From NCBI GenBank assembly GCA_965228735.1, contig OZ245838.1, positions 5,024,001 to 5,088,000 of the forward strand: a DNA stretch of 64,000 nucleotides, written 5' to 3'. The notes beneath the pieces are model-generated. The model searched no databases. It was not told where the DNA came from and worked only from the letters and a program-made list of their open reading frames with translations. Origin of the DNA: Planctomycetota bacterium (lineage in GTDB: Bacteria; Planctomycetota; UBA1135; UBA2386). Below are positions 48,283 to 57,626 of the stretch, piece by piece (position 1 is the first letter of the stretch; each line of letters opens with the position of its first letter). The position numbers were made by a program, and so were the translations under genes.

Positions 48283-50193
48283 TCAGCTGTCGATCGTCGC
48301 CTTGCCCGCGTCGGACACGACGATGCCGAGCGTGTTCACCGCGTCGAGCACGGCCCACTGGTGGAACAGCTCGAGGCCGGCGTAGGACGGCGAGTTCGGG
48401 ATCGAGAACTGCGAGCTCGCCGTGCCGTTCCCGGAGGTGAACATGAACTGCGTGACATCGGGCGACGCGTAGATCGAGCAGCCCGGCGCGTTCGGCAGCG
48501 GCGCAGGCAGCGGCGTGCCGTTCGAGATCTGATCGCTGAAGCCGGAGAGGATGAACGCACCCGAACTCGGAGCCGCAGACGACAGCGTCACGTCGTAGCT
48601 GCCGCCGATCTGGGGCAGCCCGTTGTTGCCGAGGGCCGGCGACGCGTTCTGCGTGCTGTTGCAGAGCACGCGCCACGACGGGTTGTCGACGAGGCCGGAC
48701 AGCTGCCACTGCGGCGTCTGGGCGTCGCGCCAGTAGCCGTCGCCCGACGCGCCGCTCGACAACGTCGAGATCACGACGTTCTGCGACGAGCTGTCCATGC
48801 CGATGTAGAACCGGCCGGTCATGTTCACCGGGGCCGCGAAGACGGCCGTGTAGAAGCCCTGGCTCGGGCCGATCGTCATCGTCGTGCTCGCCGTCGGCGA
48901 CGACGCGGGCGTGCCGCCCACGTCGGCGTAGAGGTGGGCGGGGCGCACGACGTTGCCGCCCGTCGACTGGGTGAACAGGTCGAAGCCGACGACCTGCAGC
49001 GTGTTGCCGGCCGGGTTGTCGACCGCGTAGCAGTACTCGTTGTCGCGCGTCGCGCCGGTCAGGTTGCCGCCGTTCGGGTTCAGCTCCGGGCACCCGACGG
49101 TGACCGAGCCGGGGCAGCCCTGGCCGTAGTTGCTGAACGAGGCGTTGGACGGCCGCAGGATGTAGAGGCCGGTCGACTGGTCCGACGCCAGGATGTTGCC
49201 TGACGGCAGGAACGGGTAGACGCCCCAGCAGCCGCCGAAGCCGCCGGCCGGGCCGGGGAACGTGTCATACGACGCGACCTCGACCGGGTTGTTCGGGTCG
49301 CTGATGTCGATGCACTTGTAGCCCTCGGTGTACCAGCTCACGTGGCACTTGTCCCCGACGATGAACGCGTTGTGCGGGATCGTCGCCGAGTTGGGCGTGT
49401 ACTGCCCGAGTCCGATCGGGTTCGTCTTGTCGGTGATGTCCCAGAACTTGACGACGCCACCCGACTGCTCGTCGGTCGTGACGCAGATCGTGCCGGCGGC
49501 GTTCGGCCACGCGTTGTGCGTGAAGTTGCTCGGCGTCTGGCGGCTGCTGAGGCCGGCGGACGGCCACGGCAAGGACGCGGTCGCATCGAAGATGCGCAGC
49601 ACGCCGTTGTAGATCATCGAGCCGTAGGCGTAGCCGTTCTCCACGCACATGTCGTGGAAGTAGTTGCTGTTGCCGGAGCCGCGCGCGAAGCCGAGGAACG
49701 TCGGGTTCGCCGGGTTGGTGTTGAGGTCGTAGACCGGCGTGCCGGTGTTGCAGCCGACGAGGTAGAGCAGGCCCGTGCCGAGATCGACGCAGACGTTGTG
49801 CGCGTTGCCCGAGTTCTGCGTGCCGAACACGCCGACGGCCGTCGGGTTGTTGGGGTTGCTGAGGTCGAGGATCTGGAAACCCGCGGTCGACTCGGTGACG
49901 ACGTAGGCGTAGTTGCCGAACGTCCGGATGTCGCGCCACGTCGAGTTGCCGTAGGGGAACCACCCGGTCTCGATGGGCGTGGCCGGGTTGGTGACGTCGA
50001 CGACGACCGTGCCGGTGCGCGCGCCGAGCAGCGCGTATTCGTCGCCGTTCGGCGCGGTGTAGCCCCAGATGTCGTTGAAGGAGCCGTGGTTGTTGAACGT
50101 GCCGAGCAGCTGGCAGTTGACGCCCTGCGCGGGCAGGGCTGCGGCCAGGCCGACCAGACCGGTGGCCAGGAGGAGGGAACGGTGGATGTGCAT
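48283..50193 (-). CDS. Choice-of-anchor B / LVIVD-repeat secreted protein
   Basis: NDIWGY, WRDIRT, HN repeats, TTDE, SWYTEG, GCWGVYPFLPSG; extra C-terminal domain. Confidence 0.85.
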   Translation of the reverse strand: MHIHRSLLLATGLVGLAAALPAQGVNCQLLGTFNNHGSFNDIWGYTAPNGDEYALLGARTGTVVVDVTNPATPIETGWFPYGNSTWRDIRTFGNYAYVVTESTAGFQILDLSNPNNPTAVGVFGTQNSGNAHNVCVDLGTGLLYLVGCNTGTPVYDLNTNPANPTFLGFARGSGNSNYFHDMCVENGYAYGSMIYNGVLRIFDATASLPWPSAGLSSRQTPSNFTHNAWPNAAGTICVTTDEQSGGVVKFWDITDKTNPIGLGQYTPNSATIPHNAFIVGDKCHVSWYTEGYKCIDISDPNNPVEVASYDTFPGPAGGFGGCWGVYPFLPSGNILASDQSTGLYILRPSNASFSNYGQGCPGSVTVGCPELNPNGGNLTGATRDNEYCYAVDNPAGNTLQVVGFDLFTQSTGGNVVRPAHLYADVGGTPASSPTASTTMTIGPSQGFYTAVFAAPVNMTGRFYIGMDSSSQNVVISTLSSGASGDGYWRDAQTPQWQLSGLVDNPSWRVLCNSTQNASPALGNNGLPQIGGSYDVTLSSAAPSSGAFILSGFSDQISNGTPLPAPLPNAPGCSIYASPDVTQFMFTSGNGTASSQFSIPNSPSYAGLELFHQWAVLDAVNTLGIVVSDAGKATIDS

Positions 50194-50391
50194 GAGTGCA
50201 GGTGCCACGACGGTGCGGTGGCGAATCAGGAGGCGGGCGGGCCGGTGAAGTGTAGAACGACCCGGGCGAAGAGCCCACCCGGGTATTCATGCGCCGCTCC
50301 GCAAGTCGGGGTGTTGGCCCGGCGCGATGGCACGTTGCGTGCCGGCTGGCCCTCTCGCGGGCATCGAGTTCGTGGCTCGTCGCGCCGGTCC

Positions 50392-51468
50392 TTACTGCAG
50401 GACCGAGTGGATCGAGTTGGTTACCCGCGGCGTTCGCGGGGTCAGCCAATCGAGCCCCGCCGTATAGATGTCGAGGCCGACGAGCGCCGGCACGTGCGGC
50501 ATCGGCAGCACGAGGGTCCGGAGCGGGTCGTGGCCGATCGTGGGCATCTCGAGGAACGCGAGCGTGACCGCGGTCGCGAGGTCGATCTGGACGAGGCCGA
50601 ACGGGGTCGCGGTCGGGCCGGGGTCGAACGACGCGGCGAGCGTGACCCCGTCACCGCGCGGGGCGGCGACTCCGAGGCCCCAGGTCGCGCCATGGATCGG
50701 CGGTTGCACCTCGGCGAGGAACGGCAGCCGCAGGATCAGCGGTGCGGGTTGCACGGTGCCGAGGACCTGCGGCGGTTGTTCGTAGGCGTCGAGCCGGATG
50801 ATGCCGGGTGCGAAATCGATCGCTGCCACGAGGCCGCCGGTGTGGATCGTGAGCACGCCGCGGGCCCGCAGCAGGATCGAGCCGGCCGAGCCGTTGCCCG
50901 AACCGAGGAAGCCGGCCCCACCGTTGGCGAGCACCGATCCGCCGGCCCGGACGTCGAGGTCGCCTTCGCAGTCGATCACGATCGTGCCGCCGCCACCGCC
51001 GCCCGCGAACGTGCCGGTCGCCGGGCAGGAGAACTGCATCGGCGCGTGCGTCGTCATGCTGCCCCCCGGGCTGCCGCCCGCGAGATCGAACGGCAAGGGT
51101 GAGCCGTAGACGCCGGCGTGCTGCCCGTCGGTCGCCGGCGCGAACCAGCCGAAGCCGCAGCCTGGCCCTGCCATCGCGGTCGAGCCGTTCGTGCCCGCGC
51201 CGGTCGAGACGTGGCCGGGCCCGCCGTGCAGCGTCGTCCCGCTCACGGTCAACGTGCCGCGGACGTCGGCATCGCCGAGGCAGTAGATCTGCACCGGGTA
51301 GTCGCCGACGAAGTACACCGTCACACCCGTCGGGACAGCGATCGACGAGAAGTACAGAACGCCCTGCGTCGGGTTCACATCGATCGTGGTCGTGCTCGTC
51401 GGGGCCAGCGGGCCTTGGGCCGCGAGTGTGGTTGCGAGCGCCAGGGCGACGACATGGGTTGGGTGCAC
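50392..51468 (-). CDS. Secreted Gly-rich hypothetical protein with a lineage-type C-terminal domain
   Basis: Signal ending TLAAQ; GGGGGG and GSAG motifs; C-terminus LPMPHVPALVGLDIYT. Confidence 0.75.
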   Translation of the reverse strand: MHPTHVVALALATTLAAQGPLAPTSTTTIDVNPTQGVLYFSSIAVPTGVTVYFVGDYPVQIYCLGDADVRGTLTVSGTTLHGGPGHVSTGAGTNGSTAMAGPGCGFGWFAPATDGQHAGVYGSPLPFDLAGGSPGGSMTTHAPMQFSCPATGTFAGGGGGGTIVIDCEGDLDVRAGGSVLANGGAGFLGSGNGSAGSILLRARGVLTIHTGGLVAAIDFAPGIIRLDAYEQPPQVLGTVQPAPLILRLPFLAEVQPPIHGATWGLGVAAPRGDGVTLAASFDPGPTATPFGLVQIDLATAVTLAFLEMPTIGHDPLRTLVLPMPHVPALVGLDIYTAGLDWLTPRTPRVTNSIHSVLQ

Positions 51469-51569
51469 GTCGCCACTCTAGCGTTCTGGCCCGAGGTCTG
51501 CCGGATCGGCGCATCCGGCCGGATGTCGCGTGAGTCGCGGGTGGCGGATCGACTACGATTCGCATCGCG

Positions 51570-52523
51570 ATGACGGATGACGTCACCCAATGTTCTCCCG
51601 TGTTCCGCGTCGGCCTCGACGGCGCGGGCGGCCTCGTCGACGTCGATGACGGCGAGGGCCGCTGGACGCACTACCGGCTCGAGGAGGACAGCGCCGAGTG
51701 GCTCGCCCAAGAGCGGCGCATTCCGCAGCCGGTCGCCGAAGCGTTGCTGGTCGGCGACGCGCGACCGCGGGCGCTGACCGCCGAGGGCGGCCTGCTCGTC
51801 ATCCTGCGCGGCGTGAACTGCAACCCCGGGGCCGATCCCGAGGACATGGTGTCGATGCGCGCCTGGGTCGAGGCCGACCGCATCGTGACGGTCAGCCCGC
51901 GCCGGGTCTTCGCCGTCGAGGACGTGCACGACGTGCTGCAGGAAGGGTGTGGCCCGGTCGATCCCGGCGCGGTGCTCGTCGCGATCATGGACCGCCTCGT
52001 CGACCGCATGCGGCCGATCGTCGACGGCCTCGAGGAGACGGCCGACGACCTGCACGAACGACTCCTGCGCAACGGGCCGGACGACCTGCAGCGACCGCTC
52101 GGCGGGCTGCGGCATTCGATCGTTCTCCTGCGCCGGCACATGGCGCCGCAGCGTGACGCGCTCACGCAGATGTCGCGCAACCGGCCGAAGCAGTTCTCCG
52201 AGGCGTCGCTGCTCGAGCTGCTGCAGATCGCCGACCGGCAGATCCGCTACGTCGAGGACCTCGACTCCCTGCGCGAACGCGCGGGCGTGCTGCAGGACGA
52301 GGTCGAGACGACCGTCGCCAACCGGCTCAACTCCAACATGTATCTGCTGTCGATCGTGGCAGCCGTGTTCCTGCCGCTCGGCTTCCTGACGGGACTGCTC
52401 GGCATCAACGTCGGCGGCATGCCCGGCATGGAGAGCCCGTGGGCGTTCTGGGTCGTCTGCTCCCTGCTCTTCGGGATCACCGTCGCCGAGATCTGGTGGC
52501 TGCGGCGCCGGCGGATGTTTTGA
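51570..52523 (+). CDS. zntB: Zinc transporter ZntB (CorA family)
   Basis: RPR...LRGVN...EDMVSMR; FLPLGFLTGLLGINVGGMPG signature. Confidence 0.9.
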   Translation: MTDDVTQCSPVFRVGLDGAGGLVDVDDGEGRWTHYRLEEDSAEWLAQERRIPQPVAEALLVGDARPRALTAEGGLLVILRGVNCNPGADPEDMVSMRAWVEADRIVTVSPRRVFAVEDVHDVLQEGCGPVDPGAVLVAIMDRLVDRMRPIVDGLEETADDLHERLLRNGPDDLQRPLGGLRHSIVLLRRHMAPQRDALTQMSRNRPKQFSEASLLELLQIADRQIRYVEDLDSLRERAGVLQDEVETTVANRLNSNMYLLSIVAAVFLPLGFLTGLLGINVGGMPGMESPWAFWVVCSLLFGITVAEIWWLRRRRMF

Positions 52524-52551
52524 GCACGGTTCCTCGCGGAGCGAGGCGCTG

Positions 52552-55500
52552 TCAGGCTGACTCCGACGCCGACGAAGTCGGAGTCGCTTTCGACTGACTC
52601 TCCGCACCCGCCGTCCGCATCTCGACCGGCCCGAGCGTTCGCATGTGCACGTCGCGCTGCGGGAACGGGATCTCGATGTCGTGATCGCGGAACGCCTGGT
52701 CGATGGCTTCGTGAAGCTGGTCGACGAGCTGCATCCAGACGTCGCGCGACGCGATGAAGACGCGCAGCTCGAGGTCGAGCGAACTCTCGCCGAAGCGGCG
52801 GAAGATCGAACTCGGCGCGGGCTCGCTGAGGACGTGCTGGTTGGCCTTCGCGGCCTCCAGCAGCAGCTTGCGCGCGAGCTGGGTGTTCGAGCCGTAGGCG
52901 ACGCCGACGGGAATGACGACGCGCGTGATCGGGTCGGTCAAGGTCCAGTTGATGAGGCGCGAGGTGACGAACTCCTTGTTGGGCACGATCATCTCGCGAC
53001 GATCGAAGTCGACGATCGTCGTCGCGCGCATCCGGACCTGTTGCACGAAGCCGTCGACGTCGCCGACGGTCACGAGGTCACCGACGCGGATCGGGCGTTC
53101 GAACAGGATGATGATGCCTGACACGAAGTTGGCGAAGATCTCCTGCAGGCCGAAGCCGAGACCGACGGAGACCGCGGCGACGAGCCACTGCACCTTGCCC
53201 CAGTCGACCCCGATCGTCGAGAACGCGATCACGATGCCGACCATCGCGATGGCGTAGCGCACGAGCGTGGTGATCGCGGCGCGTTCGCCGGCGTGCGTCC
53301 GCAGGCGCTGCAGGATCGACAGTTCGAGCAGGCCCGGGATGTTTCGCGCCGCGGCGAACGTGATCAGCGCGACGAGGAGCGAGAGCAGCAGGTTGCCGAG
53401 CGTGATCGCCGATGGCGCGCTCGTGACCTCGCCGTTCGCGCCCGTCTGTTCGGCCGCGATCTCCCAGAGTTGGATGGAGTCGAGTCCGCGCAGGGCCGGC
53501 AGGGCATCGCTCCAGATGCTCCAGAGCGCGAAGGCGGCGAGGATCAGCAGCCCGCCGCTGAGCAGCTTGCGCCCCTGCTGATCGACTGCCGTCAGGCTCA
53601 CCGTCTCGGTCGGCAGCTGCGGCGCCTCGTTCGCCGCCTCGTTGCCGCCCTCCGCGGCCTTCGCCCTGGCTGCGGCGCGCAACGCCTCGGCCTTCGCCAG
53701 CGCCAGTCGACGCTTGGCCATGAGCATCCAGCGCAGGCCGATCTCGTAGACGATCAGGGTCAGTGCGAGCACGAGGATCGAGTCCTCGAGTCGGTGCAGC
53801 AGCTCGAGCGCGCTGAAGTGGTAGCCCGCGGCGGCGAGACCCGCGAGCGTCGTCGGGGCGAGCACGCCGATCGCGAAGTAGACCCGCCGACGGCCGAGCG
53901 GCGGCGGCGCGTTGCCCTTGGAGAACGCGCCCGTCCTCGGACTGAGGATGCGCGCGAGCCAGACGGCGGTGACGACCAGCACCGCGATGAGCACGAGGCG
54001 CTCGAGCATCGTACTCCACTTGGCGTTGCCGTGGCCGTTCAGGGTGTGCAGGACGAACGTGAGCGGCAGCACCGTCGGCAGGAACCACACCAGGCTGCGG
54101 CGCAGCAGCTTCGAGCGCGACGCCGGCCAGCGCAGGTGGCTCTCCGCGAGGCCGTGCGGTCGCACGACCTGGCGGAACAGCATCGCGCTCCAGAACACGG
54201 CCGCCGCGTGCACGAGCCCGGCGCTGATCGCGGTCGCGAAATCGCCGATGCCCGGCGTCGCCTGCAGTCGTGAACCGACGTGCCATGCCAGGAGCGGGAA
54301 GCCGCTGGCGACGATCACGGTGAGCACCGTCGTCCAGGCGGTCGGCGCGAAGCTCGTCGCGCGGCTGCTCGCGGCCTGTTCGCCGAACGCGGCGATGCGC
54401 CGGCGAGCGCTGCGGCTGGCGAGCATGAGGCCGATCGCCAGCAACGCGCCGATCGCGAACGGTCCGGGGCGGCGATCGAACGCCGTGACGAAGGCCGGCG
54501 GCAGTTCGGCCCAGTGGCGCGGATCGAGCAGCCAGGTCGTGGCTTCGGCGACGTGGGACCAGTTGGTCTCCCACACGGGTGCCGTGCTGCGGATCCACAG
54601 CACGCGTTCGTTGATGTACTCCGAGAAGACCTGCGCGATCTTCGCCAGGGTCGCTTCTTCGCTCGTGAGGTCGATGAGCGCCTTGCGGTAGTCGTCGAGG
54701 TCGACCTCGAAGCGCTTGAAGTAACCCTCCCGCTGCGAGAGCAGCGTCGAACCCTCGGCTTCGATGCGGGCGCGTTCGCTCGCGCGGATGTCGTTCGGCA
54801 ACCTCGCGACCGCCGCGTCGAAGATCTGCTGGCGCGTCTCCTCGAAGGCGCGGATCCGGTCCTGGAGCTCGAAGACCGCGATCTGCGCCTCGGCGACCTT
54901 CGGATAGCGTGCGTCGGCGCGTGCGAGCAGCCGGCGGGGGTTCGGCAGGAGGGCCTTCTCCTGGCGCAACTGCAGCCCGATCACGTCCGTCAGCCCGTAG
55001 CCGCTGATCTTGTCGACCCGGTCCTTGATGGCCGCGAACCGCTTCTCGAGCTGGTCGAGGCGCTTGGTCGTGCGCGTGTGATCGCTCTTGACCCGATCGA
55101 GTTCCGCAATCCAGCCATCCCGTTCCGCGGTCAGGTCTTCGTTGGCTTTCGCGAGCTCGGTCCAGACGCGGTGGGCCTTGTCGGCCTGTTCCGACGCCTC
55201 CTTCGAGTCCTCGGCGGCCTTGTCGCGGCGCCGTTTCTGGGTCGCCTCGTCGAGGATGGTGACCCGTTCGGCCGCGTGTTCGGCGACTCTCGTCAGCCAC
55301 TCGATCTCGGCCGCGATCAGGGGGCGCTCGGCTTCGAGTCGCCGTCTTCGGGCCTCGAGTTCGGTGACCCTGGCCTCGAGCGCCGCGATCTCGGCCGCTC
55401 GATTCAGCTGCCTCGCCTGGGTCAGGCTGCTCGGCTCCCCCTCGACGGTGGGCAGCACCTTGGCGTCGGCTCGGGCTGCGGCCTCGGTTGCCGCGGCGAT

Positions 55501-55959
55501 CTGCTCGGGAAGGCTCGTGAGCTGGGCCGCGCGCCCCTGCTGGTCGTTGCGTTTGCTCTCGAGCGCGGCGGCGGCCTTCGTGCTCTCGGCCTGGGCGCTC
55601 TGGAGCTGCTCCTGGAGCTGCGCGAGCTCGACCGACGTGAGCTCGGCTGGCTTGGGCAAGGCCGGCAGCTCCTCCTCGAGTCGGGCCCGTGCCGCCGCGG
55701 TCTTGTCCGATGCGGCCTCCGTCGCTTCGTTCGCCGTCGTGACGTTCTGGCGCGAGGTCTCGGCTGCCTTCGCGAACGCGATCGCGGCGTCGTAGGCCTG
55801 CTTGGCCTTGGCCTTGTTGTCCTCGCCGAGTTCGGCCGACTGGGCTGCGGCGGCCTGCCGCTGGGTCAGGGCCTCGACGGACAGCGCCGCTTGCTCCTGG
55901 GCCATGAGCGGCGCGAGGAGACCGGAGAGGAGCAGGCCGCAGAGGACGAAGAGCCGCAT
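52552..55959 (-). CDS. MscK/KefA-like mechanosensitive channel (MscS family)
   Basis: Long periplasmic coiled coil, multiple TM helices, GLGFGLQEIFANFVSG, IRVGD, VGVAYGS, IPFPQRDVH. Confidence 0.93.
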   Translation of the reverse strand: MRLFVLCGLLLSGLLAPLMAQEQAALSVEALTQRQAAAAQSAELGEDNKAKAKQAYDAAIAFAKAAETSRQNVTTANEATEAASDKTAAARARLEEELPALPKPAELTSVELAQLQEQLQSAQAESTKAAAALESKRNDQQGRAAQLTSLPEQIAAATEAAARADAKVLPTVEGEPSSLTQARQLNRAAEIAALEARVTELEARRRRLEAERPLIAAEIEWLTRVAEHAAERVTILDEATQKRRRDKAAEDSKEASEQADKAHRVWTELAKANEDLTAERDGWIAELDRVKSDHTRTTKRLDQLEKRFAAIKDRVDKISGYGLTDVIGLQLRQEKALLPNPRRLLARADARYPKVAEAQIAVFELQDRIRAFEETRQQIFDAAVARLPNDIRASERARIEAEGSTLLSQREGYFKRFEVDLDDYRKALIDLTSEEATLAKIAQVFSEYINERVLWIRSTAPVWETNWSHVAEATTWLLDPRHWAELPPAFVTAFDRRPGPFAIGALLAIGLMLASRSARRRIAAFGEQAASSRATSFAPTAWTTVLTVIVASGFPLLAWHVGSRLQATPGIGDFATAISAGLVHAAAVFWSAMLFRQVVRPHGLAESHLRWPASRSKLLRRSLVWFLPTVLPLTFVLHTLNGHGNAKWSTMLERLVLIAVLVVTAVWLARILSPRTGAFSKGNAPPPLGRRRVYFAIGVLAPTTLAGLAAAGYHFSALELLHRLEDSILVLALTLIVYEIGLRWMLMAKRRLALAKAEALRAAARAKAAEGGNEAANEAPQLPTETVSLTAVDQQGRKLLSGGLLILAAFALWSIWSDALPALRGLDSIQLWEIAAEQTGANGEVTSAPSAITLGNLLLSLLVALITFAAARNIPGLLELSILQRLRTHAGERAAITTLVRYAIAMVGIVIAFSTIGVDWGKVQWLVAAVSVGLGFGLQEIFANFVSGIIILFERPIRVGDLVTVGDVDGFVQQVRMRATTIVDFDRREMIVPNKEFVTSRLINWTLTDPITRVVIPVGVAYGSNTQLARKLLLEAAKANQHVLSEPAPSSIFRRFGESSLDLELRVFIASRDVWMQLVDQLHEAIDQAFRDHDIEIPFPQRDVHMRTLGPVEMRTAGAESQSKATPTSSASESA

Positions 55960-56063
55960 CGGACCGACCATCATCCACGCCGATCTGCGATCTTCCACCC
56001 GCGAAGCAGCGAACCCTTCGTTCGCGCAAGCGTCGAGCTTGGGCGTGCCTTCGCGGACCGCGT

Positions 56064-57527
56064 ATGGTCGCCGACCCCATGCCGAACCCGTTTCGCGGAA
56101 TCTCCAAGGTGCAGGCCGTTCGCAGCCTCGCGGTCGTGCTGCTCGCCGCGCTCGCCACGAACGTGGCCGTTCGGGCACAGGGCGATGGGCGGCGCCCCAA
56201 CATCGTCTACATCCTGCTCGACGATGCCGGCTGGGGTGACCTCGGTTGCTACGGCCAGCGGCGGCTGGCGACGCCGCACATGGATCGCCTCGCGCGCGAG
56301 GGCATGCGATTCACGCAGCACTACTCTGGCAGCACGGTCTGCGCGCCGACGCGCAGCGTGCTCATGACGGGACAGCACACCGGGCACACGCCCGTGCGCG
56401 GCAACGCCAAGGCAGCCGCCGCGCCCGAGCGCGTGTTCCCGATCGGCGGTGACGTGGTCACCGTCGCTGCGCTGCTGCACGCGGCCGGCTACGCGACGGG
56501 TGCGTTCGGCAAGTGGGGGCTCGGCGGCCCGGGCAGCGACAGCGACGCACTCGCGCTCGGCTTCGACCACTTCGCGGGGTTCTACAGTCAGGCGTTCGCG
56601 CACGACTTCTACCCGCGCTGGCTGTGGCGCGACGGCGAGAAGATCGCGACTGACCGCGCGGTCTACGCCCACGACTTCTACTTCGATGCCGCGCTCGAGT
56701 TCGTGCGCGGCAGCAAGGACCGACCGTTCTTCTGCTACGTGCCGGTGACGATCCCGCACGCCGCGATGCAGGCGCCGGAGGAGTATCACGACCGCTTCCG
56801 CGAGCAGTACCCGCAGTTCGACGACAAGGTCGGTCGCTACGGCGGCGACAGTCGCCGCAGCGAAGTGCAGAACCCGATCGCCGGGTTCGCAGCGATGATG
56901 ACGAAGCTCGACGACGACGTCGGCAGGCTGCTCGCGTTGCTCGTCGAGCTCGGGCTCGACGACGACACGATCGTCATGCTGTCGTCGGACAACGGCCCGC
57001 ACGGTGAAGGCGGCCACGACCCGAAGTTCTGGGACAGCAACGGCCCGTTGCGCGGCAAGAAGCGCGATCTCTACGACGGCGGGATTCGGGTGCCGCTGCT
57101 CGCGCGCTGGCCGGGCCGCATCGCGCCGGGGACGGTGTCGGAGCACATCAGTGCGCACTGGGACATGCTGCCGACATGGTGCGAGATCGCCGGCGTCGCG
57201 GTGCCGGACGAGCTCGCGGTCGACGGCATCTCGATGGTTCCCGAACTCACCGGCGAGGGCGTGCAGCGCGCGCACGGCTATCTCTACTGGGAGTTCTACG
57301 AGGGCAGCGGCAAGCGCGCGTTGCGCCTCGGCCAGTGGAAGGTCGTGCAGAACGGACTGCACGAGCACGAGGACCCGCCGATCGAGCTCTACGACATCAC
57401 GCGCGATCCGGGCGAAGCGACCGACGTCGCGGGCGAACACCCGGACGTGATCGCGCGAGCCCGCAAGCTGTTCGCGGCAGCGACGACACCGAGCCCGACC
57501 TGGCGCTTCCGCCACGGCCAGAAGTGA
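56064..57527 (+). CDS. Arylsulfatase (formylglycine-dependent)
   Basis: PNIVYILLDD, CAPTR (CxPxR), GKWGLG, SSDNG. The true start may be GTG 56109. Confidence 0.93.
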   Translation: MVADPMPNPFRGISKVQAVRSLAVVLLAALATNVAVRAQGDGRRPNIVYILLDDAGWGDLGCYGQRRLATPHMDRLAREGMRFTQHYSGSTVCAPTRSVLMTGQHTGHTPVRGNAKAAAAPERVFPIGGDVVTVAALLHAAGYATGAFGKWGLGGPGSDSDALALGFDHFAGFYSQAFAHDFYPRWLWRDGEKIATDRAVYAHDFYFDAALEFVRGSKDRPFFCYVPVTIPHAAMQAPEEYHDRFREQYPQFDDKVGRYGGDSRRSEVQNPIAGFAAMMTKLDDDVGRLLALLVELGLDDDTIVMLSSDNGPHGEGGHDPKFWDSNGPLRGKKRDLYDGGIRVPLLARWPGRIAPGTVSEHISAHWDMLPTWCEIAGVAVPDELAVDGISMVPELTGEGVQRAHGYLYWEFYEGSGKRALRLGQWKVVQNGLHEHEDPPIELYDITRDPGEATDVAGEHPDVIARARKLFAAATTPSPTWRFRHGQK

Positions 57528-57626
57528 CCCGTACGGAACCTGGTTCATGCTGCCGGCCGCGGGTGCGTTGTCTCGCCGGCGGCGGTTTCGGCGGCCGGCA
57601 GCATGAACCAGGTTCCGTACGGGTCA
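57525..57626. repeat. REPIN/MITE-like long inverted repeat (36-bp perfect arms, 30-nt spacer)
   Basis: TGACCCGTACGGAACCTGGTTCATGCTGCCGGCCGC at 57525-57560 and its reverse complement at 57591-57626. Confidence 0.9.
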
